Positions 1-8,395 of a stretch of 64,000 nt of DNA are shown here, piece by piece. This DNA comes from an uncultured delta proteobacterium (GTDB lineage: Bacteria > Desulfobacterota > Desulfuromonadia > Geobacterales > Pseudopelobacteraceae). The first letter of the stretch is position 1. Each line of letters starts with the position of its first letter. Position numbers and translations under genes: made by a program. Below the pieces are notes generated by a model. The model did not search any database and was not told the origin of the DNA. It saw only the letters and a program-made list of their open reading frames with translations. The stretch spans positions 320,001 through 384,000 of the forward strand of contig CAVYYZ010000011.1 of NCBI GenBank assembly GCA_963772835.1, given 5' to 3'.

Positions 1-1680
1 CAATTTAGGCATGGTGAGAATTTCGTGAGGAAGCAAATTTTTGCACGCATCCCGCAGTACCATCTTGCCTCCTGCATCTCCGCGATGCAAATCAACTTTC
101 ATTTCTGCCGGGATTCGCATTGCCAGCTCAATCATCTCTCTGTCAAGAAAGGGAGACCTGTATTCCAGTGAATGGGCCATGCCGATTATGTCCGGAAGAT
201 GGACAAGGCTGTGATGACTTCCGACAAAGAGCTGTTGAAACATAAATCCGTCAAAGAGATTCGTACTCTGACATTCCTCATACGATTCCATAAGTAGAGC
301 AAGAGGATCATTGCAACCGATTTCCCTGTTCATTTGTGGAGTGTATATTTCAGAACACAACTTTTGCACTTCAAGCCAACGAAATTCAGCAAGAACTCTG
401 CTATTGGAAAGTCCTACGACGTTACGAAATTTTTGCCAAAAAGGTTTGAAAGAAGGGTTTGGCGAATTTTCTGCAATCCAGTCGATTCCGGCTTTACCCA
501 TAGCATTCCATGATGGCAGATTCTTGTCCAGTTCGTATAGGATACGATGGTCTGCATATCCTCCGAACAGTTCATCCCCGCCGCTTCCGGATAAGGCAAC
601 CTTTACACGACTTCCGATAAGCTTCGAAAGCGCAAAAGCGTGTAACGGCACAAAGGTGCCAAACGGTTCATCGAAACACTTTATGAACTCGGCTGCACTG
701 GCAAGGTGAGAGTTGTCATATGTGAGTTCATGGTGTGTGGTGTTGCAGTATGTGGCCACGAGCCTGGCGGCTGCGAACTCAGGATCTCGTTCAGGGTTGT
801 CGTAACTGACGCAGTAGGTTTCAAACGGGATGCTATTTCGGCTCATCATGGCGACAATGCTGCTGGAATCGAGTCCTCCGGAAAGGGTGGCCGCAATCGG
901 TACATCGCTTCGGCACATGATTTTTACGGTATTCTCAAGGCATTGACGTACTTCAAAGGCGGCTTCATGCCGATCAGTTATTTTTGAGACATTCCGGGTC
1001 CATGGTTTCCAGTATTTTTCGCACGTAATCCCTTCGTTAGAAACAATCATGTATTCCGAAGGACGGAGCTTATGAATATGTTTGAACGGGGAATAAGGCG
1101 GGGGAATGGTTACATAATGGAGTCCGTAATGCAAGCCGATCGGGCTTATTTCTCTCGGTACCTCAGGTATTTTAAGCAAACTCTTAATTTCAGATGCGAA
1201 CGCAAACATGCCGTTACGGTAGTAATAGAAAAGAGGTTTTTCGCCTACTCGATCCCGTGCCAAAAATAGTTTTTTTTGTTTCCGGTCCCAGATAGCAAAG
1301 GCAAACATCCCTCTCAGAGCATCGAGACAGCTGACTCCGTGTTTAATGTAAAGGCGGAGCAGGACTTCAGTGTCGGAATCGGACGAAAATGTAACTCCGC
1401 TTTGCTCCAGATCCTTACGTAGCTCCAGATAATTATATATCTCACCATTGAATGTGATGGCATAATCTCCTCCATCCACCACCATAGGCTGATCTCCTCT
1501 GTTTGAGAGATCAAGTATAGCAAGCCTGCTTGAAGCAAGTCCGACGGAAGTGTCCAGATATATATCCGTCCCATCGGGTCCGCGTTGACGCAGCGCAGCA
1601 ATCATGGACTCAAGGATGCCCCTGTCAGGTGTTCTGGAGCTTTGTTCTGCCGGGAAGAAAATCCCACAGATTCCACACAT
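1..1680 (-). CDS. Asparagine synthase (glutamine-hydrolysing, AsnB-like) / lasso-cyclase-family homolog; 3' end runs off the window; missing from the ORF track
   Basis: Hand translation from ATG at 1680, with RBS GGAGGAG about 7 nt upstream: MCGICGIFF...LRQRGPDG...NGEIYNYLELR...SDTEVLL...GMFAFAIWD...ARDRVGEKPLFY...LSGGLDSS...MAHSLEYRSPFLDR. The motifs whose coordinates I checked share one frame. Confidence 0.92.
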   Translation of the reverse strand, partial: MCGICGIFFPAEQSSRTPDRGILESMIAALRQRGPDGTDIYLDTSVGLASSRLAILDLSNRGDQPMVVDGGDYAITFNGEIYNYLELRKDLEQSGVTFSSDSDTEVLLRLYIKHGVSCLDALRGMFAFAIWDRKQKKLFLARDRVGEKPLFYYYRNGMFAFASEIKSLLKIPEVPREISPIGLHYGLHYVTIPPPYSPFKHIHKLRPSEYMIVSNEGITCEKYWKPWTRNVSKITDRHEAAFEVRQCLENTVKIMCRSDVPIAATLSGGLDSSSIVAMMSRNSIPFETYCVSYDNPERDPEFAAARLVATYCNTTHHELTYDNSHLASAAEFIKCFDEPFGTFVPLHAFALSKLIGSRVKVALSGSGGDELFGGYADHRILYELDKNLPSWNAMGKAGIDWIAENSPNPSFKPFWQKFRNVVGLSNSRVLAEFRWLEVQKLCSEIYTPQMNREIGCNDPLALLMESYEECQSTNLFDGFMFQQLFVGSHHSLVHLPDIIGMAHSLEYRSPFLDREMIELAMRIPAEMKVDLHRGDAGGKMVLRDACKNLLPHEILTMPKL

Positions 1681-1821
1681 GCTACTCTCCTCCGGGCGTC
1701 TTACAGAGTATTGACGCGTCGGGGTCCGATTTAATGCACCGCTTAGCAACCTTCATGAGCAACCATTTGTACCACGTGCCGATGAACCCGAGTACATGTA
1801 GTATAATTTACAAGCATGTCG

Positions 1822-3963
1822 TTATTCAGAGAGTTTTTCCGCTACAAAACATGGTCGTCGGTCACCATGACGGTTGAACATCCCGAACTTTTTTATGTAT
1901 TGACAGATCTCTTCATCCGCAAGTATAGCTTTTTTGAACTCCTCTTCCGGAAGACGGAGCCATTTCTCCTTTTCAATTGTTTCCCAAAACAATTCAGCAT
2001 ACCTTTCCGAACTATCTTTCTCAAAAAACGTATCTGGAATAGTGAGAGACGTAAATGCTAATTCACTTACATGATTATATAACTTACTGCCGTCATCTGC
2101 CGATAGTGAGTTGCCAACTAATACAACTTCAAAATAGGGTCTCAGCCCGATTGGCTTTCGTAATGGAGAAATATTATTCAAGTCTCTAAATACCGCAGAA
2201 ACTTCTAAAACTTCATCTGATAGAGGCATTTCGTTTTCCGGTAGATATTCAGCGGGGAAGAAGGTTCTCATATGCCAGACGCCCAGTGTCAGTAATTCGG
2301 CCAGACGCGAGCGATTGCGAAAAAAAAGTGGTGGGGCAACAAGACGGATTCTAACTACACCGGCATGTTTGAGCATGACAAGAACATTGTACAAAAGTGA
2401 CGAATCCGGTTCTTCGCCAACCATCAATTCAACATCGCTGTTTGGGGTAACATTGTTAAGAGCATTCGCAACATCTTTTCTCGTGGCTGTTTCAGAGGCA
2501 GTCCTGCACCCATGGCACCCCTGGCTGCATTGTCCGCTAATCCAGATTGAATGGGTTTCGGTTGTGGAAGGCAGCTGATTTAATAAACCAGGGGTGTCGG
2601 AATAGATTGACTGCATCGACAAGTTGTAGCACGACTCCAGATCTTTTGAAAGTCGCTGGAAGAGCGTGAGATAGCGTTGAGAAAACCACGGAGTTTCGGA
2701 AACAAGGTACGGAGGATCCGGGGAAAAAACATACCCGAATTCATCGGCACGATGGCGCAATTCTGTACCGTTAAGAAGGCAGAGTTCATTGACAAATATT
2801 TTTATTGGTAATTCTCTCAGAACAAAATCAAGACCTTTTAAAAAGGAGAGCGGAGTCTCATAGGGGAGACCTAATATGAGGTAAATATTTACTTTTGTAC
2901 CCGTCTGTCGGAGCAGGTCGATGCCATGCCTAAACTTTTCCTCGTCATAATGTCGGTGAATGGCTTTTACTGTATCAGGATTAATGGACTGTAATCCAAT
3001 GTCAATGAATGTGAATGCTCGAAAATAAGGAACAACTTTTTCGGTGATATGCTCTGCATATGCCTCTACAGTGATATTAATCTTCTTGTTCTGTTCGCGC
3101 AGTTTTAGAAAAAAATCAGAAATTTTCTGAATCCGCTCCAGCTTCCCGTTGCAAAGAATCGGGTCCATGACGTGGAAATATTTTGAGCCTGCAGAAGACA
3201 TGTATTCGGCTTCCTGGCAAATTCGTTCAATGGAGCTGAGTCTGACACCACCTAACTTGTCGCCTTCAAAACAGAATGCACATTTATACGGGCACCCTCG
3301 GGCACCTTCCAGTAAAACGCCAAGTTTGTCTTTTCCATGGACAGGAACCAGTCCGGCCAAAATTGCTGAAGGAACATCATCAAGGGATGAGACCAGTTCT
3401 ACCGGTCGGGTGAATGAAGTCAGTCCATTGTTTCTAAAACGGAGCCCTGAGACCATCTGGGGATCCATTATCATGTTACTTTCGTTATCCCAGGCTCTGA
3501 GAAATTGACCAAAGGCAATTTCTCCCTCACCGTCAATAATATAGTCGATGGCAGGCGTAGTTAAGAGGTAATCCTCCACCGAATGGGAAACTTCCTGACC
3601 TCCTACAAGGATTTTAAGTCCTGGCAGCAACCGTTTCAATTCGCTGGCCAGATAAAACGATTCATTCCTGTTCCAGATGTTTATGGACATACCAACAATG
3701 CCCGGTCTCCATTCGGCAATACGCTCTGCGAGAAGGATAACCGGGACTTGCAGTTCTTCTTCTAAAAAACGGCAATCAAATTCGCCAAGCCTGGAATCAT
3801 TTTTGGCAACCAGACTTAATATCCTCACAGGTAGTGAGTAATAACCGGGGACGTTGAGGGCAATCAGGAGAACTCTTGTGCGGGCTGATGTAGCTGGCCA
3901 AATTTTGCCTGATATTTCAAGTTCCATCCGGTTCGTATTTTCAATTTGAATTTCTGTCTTCAC
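1822..3963 (-). CDS. Cobalamin-binding radical SAM protein with a C-terminal extension carrying a second CxxxCxxC
   Basis: N-terminal B12-binding-type segment (IVGMS...ILVGG...IIDGEGE); RGCPYKCAFC at 3271-3294; IGLQS and ILGLPYET motifs; second motif CSQGCHGC at 2506-2529. Confidence 0.9.
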   Translation of the reverse strand: MKTEIQIENTNRMELEISGKIWPATSARTRVLLIALNVPGYYSLPVRILSLVAKNDSRLGEFDCRFLEEELQVPVILLAERIAEWRPGIVGMSINIWNRNESFYLASELKRLLPGLKILVGGQEVSHSVEDYLLTTPAIDYIIDGEGEIAFGQFLRAWDNESNMIMDPQMVSGLRFRNNGLTSFTRPVELVSSLDDVPSAILAGLVPVHGKDKLGVLLEGARGCPYKCAFCFEGDKLGGVRLSSIERICQEAEYMSSAGSKYFHVMDPILCNGKLERIQKISDFFLKLREQNKKINITVEAYAEHITEKVVPYFRAFTFIDIGLQSINPDTVKAIHRHYDEEKFRHGIDLLRQTGTKVNIYLILGLPYETPLSFLKGLDFVLRELPIKIFVNELCLLNGTELRHRADEFGYVFSPDPPYLVSETPWFSQRYLTLFQRLSKDLESCYNLSMQSIYSDTPGLLNQLPSTTETHSIWISGQCSQGCHGCRTASETATRKDVANALNNVTPNSDVELMVGEEPDSSLLYNVLVMLKHAGVVRIRLVAPPLFFRNRSRLAELLTLGVWHMRTFFPAEYLPENEMPLSDEVLEVSAVFRDLNNISPLRKPIGLRPYFEVVLVGNSLSADDGSKLYNHVSELAFTSLTIPDTFFEKDSSERYAELFWETIEKEKWLRLPEEEFKKAILADEEICQYIKKFGMFNRHGDRRPCFVAEKLSE

Positions 3964-5054
3964 GACTTTCCTTTCATTTGTTTTGCTTTGTTGCCCGGTA
4001 AAGCGGTGGTAACGAGAATCTTCAGATCTTTCAACGTCAGAAAACGCAGAAGTTGCTTAACTTTTAGTGGGTACGTTTCGGCAACATCAAGAAGATGCAT
4101 TTTACGATTCAGATAGTGTTGTCTGGCATCTTGGCCAAGAGACTGTGTCGCATACGAAGTAAAAACAGATTCATGACCGGCCGGCAGAAAACCGCGGCTC
4201 CATGCAGTCCACCTACCGTGGTCCATGGTGAAAAGCCACTCAACATAAGCCAGAACAAACGCAATCATTCTTGACAATCGTGCATCTGCGGCCCAGCGCT
4301 TTATGTAATCCCAGTCGATGGTCTCTCGCCTCATGACTAATGCAATATCGACTGCCTGGGATATTCGATCCAAGTCATGATGCACAAAGGAATGGATGAT
4401 CAGTCCCAGTAATTCGTTTTCCAGGCTTAAACAACTAACTTTTCCCTGAGGAGTATCAACTGATCGAGTATCATTCAACCATTCGTGATAATTTGCAACG
4501 CCACGATAACGCCGGGGTGTTACATAACTCCAGTGGATTTCATACTCTTTGCCATGAATACGGTAAACAAGCTGGCTTCTAAGTATTTTTTCTGGCTGCA
4601 TACCCGCCTTGGCGAGAAGAGTCCTTACAACAGAGTGGGAATCAGGTGGGATGAGAATATCCACGTCACCCATCGGACGCATTACCGGGTCAGGATACAT
4701 TTCATACGCCATCCTGATCCCCCGGAGCACGGCCGCCGGAATCTTTCCATTTTCAAGTACAGACAATATACTTCTGGCCCCTTTAAGAGCCATGGAGGTA
4801 TCCAAAAAATTTTCAGCGCAAATACGATCCCATTTTAGGCGGATTTCATCGGGTATTTTATCGACAGGGATCAGCTGTCTACAGATAGCTACTAGCGCTT
4901 GATTTTGTGCAATTTTGTCAATTCCGTGCCAGTGCAGCTTTTCAGGGACTGAGCCTAATGGCTTTGCCTGTAAAAAAGAACCCATCAAATCCCTGATATA
5001 TTGACCCTCATTGGAGATACCGATGGTGAAACTATTTGTGCGGGACTCGGACAT
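3960..5054 (-). CDS. Nucleotidyltransferase family protein (NTP_transf_5-like)
   Basis: Motif LRGxxxAxxxYPxPxxRxMGDVDIL plus EIHW, typical of the uncharacterised NTases found in lasso-type clusters. Stop overlaps the radical SAM start. Confidence 0.85.
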   Translation of the reverse strand: MSESRTNSFTIGISNEGQYIRDLMGSFLQAKPLGSVPEKLHWHGIDKIAQNQALVAICRQLIPVDKIPDEIRLKWDRICAENFLDTSMALKGARSILSVLENGKIPAAVLRGIRMAYEMYPDPVMRPMGDVDILIPPDSHSVVRTLLAKAGMQPEKILRSQLVYRIHGKEYEIHWSYVTPRRYRGVANYHEWLNDTRSVDTPQGKVSCLSLENELLGLIIHSFVHHDLDRISQAVDIALVMRRETIDWDYIKRWAADARLSRMIAFVLAYVEWLFTMDHGRWTAWSRGFLPAGHESVFTSYATQSLGQDARQHYLNRKMHLLDVAETYPLKVKQLLRFLTLKDLKILVTTALPGNKAKQMKGKS

Positions 5055-5135
5055 AATCTCTCTATTTAATAAAAATGGATACTTTAATGCCGTTTTATAT
5101 CAAGATCATCACGAATCATGTTTCATTAAACAATG

Positions 5136-6206
5136 CTACAAGGAGGTAATTGTGCCACGTGCATGATCACGGGCCGAGTTAATAAGCCATTTCCCAAGAG
5201 CGACCGGGTCACTACCGGTATAAAGACGATAGAAACTTATCGAGTCAAGAATTTGATACATTCTGTCAAGAGCAATCCTAGAAATCGTCTGACATCTGGC
5301 AAATGTATGGGCACGTAAGAGAAAACCCAGAGACTCGCGAGAGGAAAGCCGTTCAACGTAAGGATCTCCTGGGCTTTTGTGGACGATATAGGCAACATTG
5401 AGAGGAACTTTTTCTTGAAAGCAGCGAGGGCCGTAAATATCCTGGGGAGAAAAGACGACTTTCGTTCCAACCGGAGTAGCTGTGTGCTTAAGATGAGAAA
5501 GTTCATCAAAAAATGATATGGTTTGATCAGTAAGATTAAGAGGTTCTGGAAAACCATGGAGGAGGAGTTTGTCGTCCTCTTCATTCACCATTACAAGGTC
5601 ATCACCGAGGAGCTTGGCCCCAAGCCGCATGAGGCTGAGAGAAGTCGTGGTTTTTCCACCGCCGGAATCGGCAAAAAGAAGCATTCCTGTGCCATCGGGA
5701 CAGGCAATCGCCGCAGAGTGAAAGAGTACGTGTCGATTATCAAGAATAATTTCCCGCAATAGCGGCACAAGCACAGAAGTGATGCACAACGTGGTCTCCA
5801 TGCACAATTCAGTCTCTATTGACGGTGCAGTCTCGCTGTAACTTCTCCTTACGGCAACAAATTCAATCCGTGAATACTCAGGCATGTAGTAACAGGCGGT
5901 AAAAACACCATCATGAGCATGGACAAAACCGATCGAAATCGTTTCTCCCTGTACCATCGTGGGTTCTGAAATTGCCTCTGTATCGTTGAGATACGGGGAA
6001 AGGAAATCCGGGAGAACTGTTGTCGTATTGTCTAACAAATCCCAAACGTGCATCTCAATTTGTCGGCAACAACTATCTGAGGAATTTTGAAACAGTCTGA
6101 AGAGGTTATCTACGGCCTCTCTCACTGGGGAAGGATTCCCAATCACTTTCAAAGCAAAATCGGGAAAATGGTACAGTTTTGGTGCAATTTGTGTGTTAAA
6201 TGACAT
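5136..6206 (-). CDS. HPr-kinase-like P-loop kinase (RiPP tailoring kinase candidate)
   Basis: FHSAAI...LFADSGGGKTT (Walker A)...LLGDDLV is the HPr kinase / lasso kinase signature set. Confidence 0.82.
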   Translation of the reverse strand: MSFNTQIAPKLYHFPDFALKVIGNPSPVREAVDNLFRLFQNSSDSCCRQIEMHVWDLLDNTTTVLPDFLSPYLNDTEAISEPTMVQGETISIGFVHAHDGVFTACYYMPEYSRIEFVAVRRSYSETAPSIETELCMETTLCITSVLVPLLREIILDNRHVLFHSAAIACPDGTGMLLFADSGGGKTTTSLSLMRLGAKLLGDDLVMVNEEDDKLLLHGFPEPLNLTDQTISFFDELSHLKHTATPVGTKVVFSPQDIYGPRCFQEKVPLNVAYIVHKSPGDPYVERLSSRESLGFLLRAHTFARCQTISRIALDRMYQILDSISFYRLYTGSDPVALGKWLINSARDHARGTITSL

Positions 6207-6283
6207 AAAACAAAGGGACCCAATTCATATTAGAAAAGTTCGTTAGTTTGTGATCTGAGAAATAAATATTCGAGGGCAGAAAA

Positions 6284-6319
6284 TTCCCCACGGGATCGGA
6301 GAACCGATGCCGTGGGGAA
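6284..6319 (-). terminator. Stem-loop just downstream of the precursor gene (partial terminator or mRNA stabiliser)
   Basis: TTCCCCACGG-G-ATCGG-agaa-CCGAT-G-CCGTGGGGAA: 15 paired bases with one mismatch and only a short T-tract on the minus strand. Confidence 0.65.
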
Positions 6320-6351
6320 AATGTCCAATCAGTAGGTATTGCAGGTACGCG

Positions 6352-6450
6352 TTAGTAGTAATAGTAGTAGTACGTGTAGTAGTAATACGTGGCGCTGACA
6401 GTTTCTAATGGCTTGTGGCAAACGAAACTCGGCTTCTCGTAAGGTTTCAT
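6352..6450 (-). CDS. Putative RiPP precursor peptide, 32 aa: MKPYEKPSFVCHKPLETVSATYYYYTYYYYYY
   Basis: Read by hand from ATG 6450 to TAA 6352, with a purine-rich RBS (GGGGGTGA) upstream. YxxP-x-hydrophobic RRE-binding leader motif. Lies immediately downstream of the PqqD/RRE and B2 peptidase genes. Confidence 0.88.
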   Translation of the reverse strand: MKPYEKPSFVCHKPLETVSATYYYYTYYYYYY

Positions 6451-6475
6451 TTTCTTCACCCCCTTTCCTGTAGAT

Positions 6476-6805
6476 TTAACTCCCACTCTCAAAGACATCT
6501 TTTTGCATCAGACCCGTAATGAAGTCTAAAACATCAGGTTCTACTTCCTCGGGTTTAAGATTGTAATCCTGTGCCAGCAAAAGAACCAACTCACGCGGTT
6601 GTTTATTTTCACAGATCCCTTTCCATAAAAATTTGCCAGTATCATTGAGGGTAAAATACTCCCCGGATTTAAGATTTAATATGATAGTTTCATCATTAAC
6701 ATCCCTCCAGGAGACGTCACTTGAAACTTCTAAACTCTCAGGTAGAACGTCAAGTTTAATAATACGTTTCGCTATACCCTTACTTTTCATCTGCTCCTTC
6801 GTCAT
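6476..6805 (-). CDS. PqqD-family RiPP recognition element (lasso B1-like), about 109 aa
   Basis: WRDVNDETIILNLKSGEYFTLNDTGKFLW...LAQDY...DVLDFITGL is a typical PqqD pattern. Start set at ATG 6805 after RBS GGAGGAG rather than the track's 6949. Confidence 0.9.
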   Translation of the reverse strand: MTKEQMKSKGIAKRIIKLDVLPESLEVSSDVSWRDVNDETIILNLKSGEYFTLNDTGKFLWKGICENKQPRELVLLLAQDYNLKPEEVEPDVLDFITGLMQKDVFESGS

Positions 6806-6809
6806 TAAT

Positions 6810-7301
6810 TCACTCCTCCCTTTTCTTGCGAAGCATTTCTTTTGTATCAACTGATCCGGCCCAAAACTGTATACCTGTTTTAGATCTACCCAATGAAAAA
6901 GGGTATACAGTTTCAACCGCTTCTTTTTCGTGATAAGGAACATCATCAAGGGTCAGCCAGCAATGGCCATACACCGAAGCACTCCCCATGTTCCTCATGC
7001 CAATGTTTAAGTCAACAGGGCATCCGCCATGCCGCAATACAACTCCCCTAACATATGATTGAAAAAGACATGGCTGACTTGTTCTACTGACTAACAGTTT
7101 TGTACACCAATCAGCCAGATCGATTAGTTCCTGTTCTTCAGCAAACCGTGAAATAATTGTCAGTCGTTCCCCTGTAAAAGGAAGACGGAGCAGGGTCTGA
7201 TTAACGGTCGATCTGGCAATCTGAACTTTTATAATTGCAGTTAATGCATGAAATATCAGAAATAACTTACGAGTAGGATTTATGAAATACAAATTTGCCA
7301 T
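6810..7301 (-). CDS. Lasso-peptide B2-type transglutaminase-like leader peptidase
   Basis: PCLFQS...LRHGGCPVDLNIG...GHCWLTLDD gives the Cys/His catalytic motifs of the B2 family; adjacent to the RRE gene. Confidence 0.88.
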   Translation of the reverse strand: MANLYFINPTRKLFLIFHALTAIIKVQIARSTVNQTLLRLPFTGERLTIISRFAEEQELIDLADWCTKLLVSRTSQPCLFQSYVRGVVLRHGGCPVDLNIGMRNMGSASVYGHCWLTLDDVPYHEKEAVETVYPFSLGRSKTGIQFWAGSVDTKEMLRKKREE

Positions 7302-7415
7302 TTGGATTCGTGAAAAAGGGGTTTCAATTTTTTGATGGCCATTAAGCCGATTAAGTAAGTTGACATACTCTGATGCTAAAACTTACACACCTATTTCAAA
7401 GACTTTATGTCGCAA

Positions 7416-7444
7416 AATATGTCTAAATAAAATGCAAAAGTCAA
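7416..7444 (-). promoter_or_regulatory. Candidate sigma70 promoter for the RiPP operon
   Basis: Minus strand TTGACT-17 nt-CATATT, about 115 nt upstream of the B2 start. The region is AT-rich, so a chance match is possible. Confidence 0.35.
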
Positions 7445-8353
7445 AACATTTCTTATTTTATATAAATGTGTTTTAGATCGACTGGGGCGCCATAGTAAAG
7501 GCCTGAGAACGCTTGAATATCTGAAGCTGAGGTAAGATTGCATGTACATATAAATGCTACTTGCGAAAGCTCAGGACACTCATAAATTACCAACAGATTG
7601 GCGATTGTGTTTATTTAGCAACACATTTGTGCAGCAAAATATGGTGAGGGAATATCATATATTTCTTTAATAGTCTAGCTAGAAATAACGACTCAAGATG
7701 TTTAAGTTGAAATATAGTAGCGGCGGATTATTTTTCTTGTTTGTTTAATTAACTTCATGATGATATTCACCTAAATAAAATGAACCATTTCTTGGAGCCG
7801 AAGTCACAGGCTCTAGGCCAAAAAGGCTGGCCCAAAATTCCACCTCTCGACAATTTTGATTGCTCATTTGGAATGAAAATTGAGTGAAAGAATGGGAAGC
7901 CATAAAGACAATGAATTGATGTTATTGATGAATATAAAGTACATTCTGATATTTAGCTAAGAGTGACCTCACTATTTCACTTTAAGGTATATGTGTGAAG
8001 AGTAACCACTGGGGTTCTTACGCAGGGTTGATAGCGTTCATTACTGTTCTGGCAACATCCCGGAGATAATGGCAAAGAGCCGGGGCGGACCGACAGGAGA
8101 AACGCAATGAGAAAATTCATATTGTTGTTGGAGACTGGGCTGCTATCGAGCAGCGTTTTGAACAGTTGCTGGCTGTGACTGACCCCGGTGATAGTCCTGC
8201 CGGAGTCGAAAGTGCAGAAGATCTCGAAGGGCGGATCAAAAACTTGATGGTAGCCTGCTCGCCACCACCGCGCTGACCAGAATACTGAAAAGTGCGAAAA
8301 AATGCCGGGAAAAACAAAAAAACCCGAATTGATTTTAATCCCGAATAAACCAC

Positions 8354-8389
8354 AAAAAAAGCGGATTTACAAAGACTGTGAACCCGCTT
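8354..8389 (-). terminator. Rho-independent terminator after tRNA-Gln
   Basis: Minus strand AAGCGGGTTCACAG-tct-TTGTAAATCCGC followed by T7, directly after the tRNA CCA end. Confidence 0.7.
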
Positions 8390-8395
8390 GTTTAT

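Noticed and set aside
1743..1817. 24-aa minus-strand ORF MLVNYTTCTRVHRHVVQMVAHEGC between the rSAM and AsnB genes as a second precursor
   Set aside because: No clear RBS, no YxxP leader motif and no similarity to the 6352-6450 peptide.
6352..6390. GTA repeat read as a non-coding microsatellite or a CRISPR-like repeat
   Set aside because: It is the in-frame Tyr-codon run of an ORF with RBS and leader motif, and there is no repeat-spacer structure.
6806..6949. N-terminal extension of the PqqD ORF in the track (157 aa)
   Set aside because: It overlaps the B2 gene, and a strong RBS precedes ATG 6805, which gives a normal-sized RRE.
1..7301. Calling the cluster a standard lasso peptide BGC
   Set aside because: The visible precursor core has no Asp/Glu for the macrolactam, and the AsnB homolog keeps its glutaminase Cys.
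7540..7850. Possible c-di-GMP (GEMM) riboswitch fragments such as GCGAAAGC upstream of the cluster
   Set aside because: I could not build the P1/P2 stems or the conserved junctions by eye; an Rfam search would be needed.
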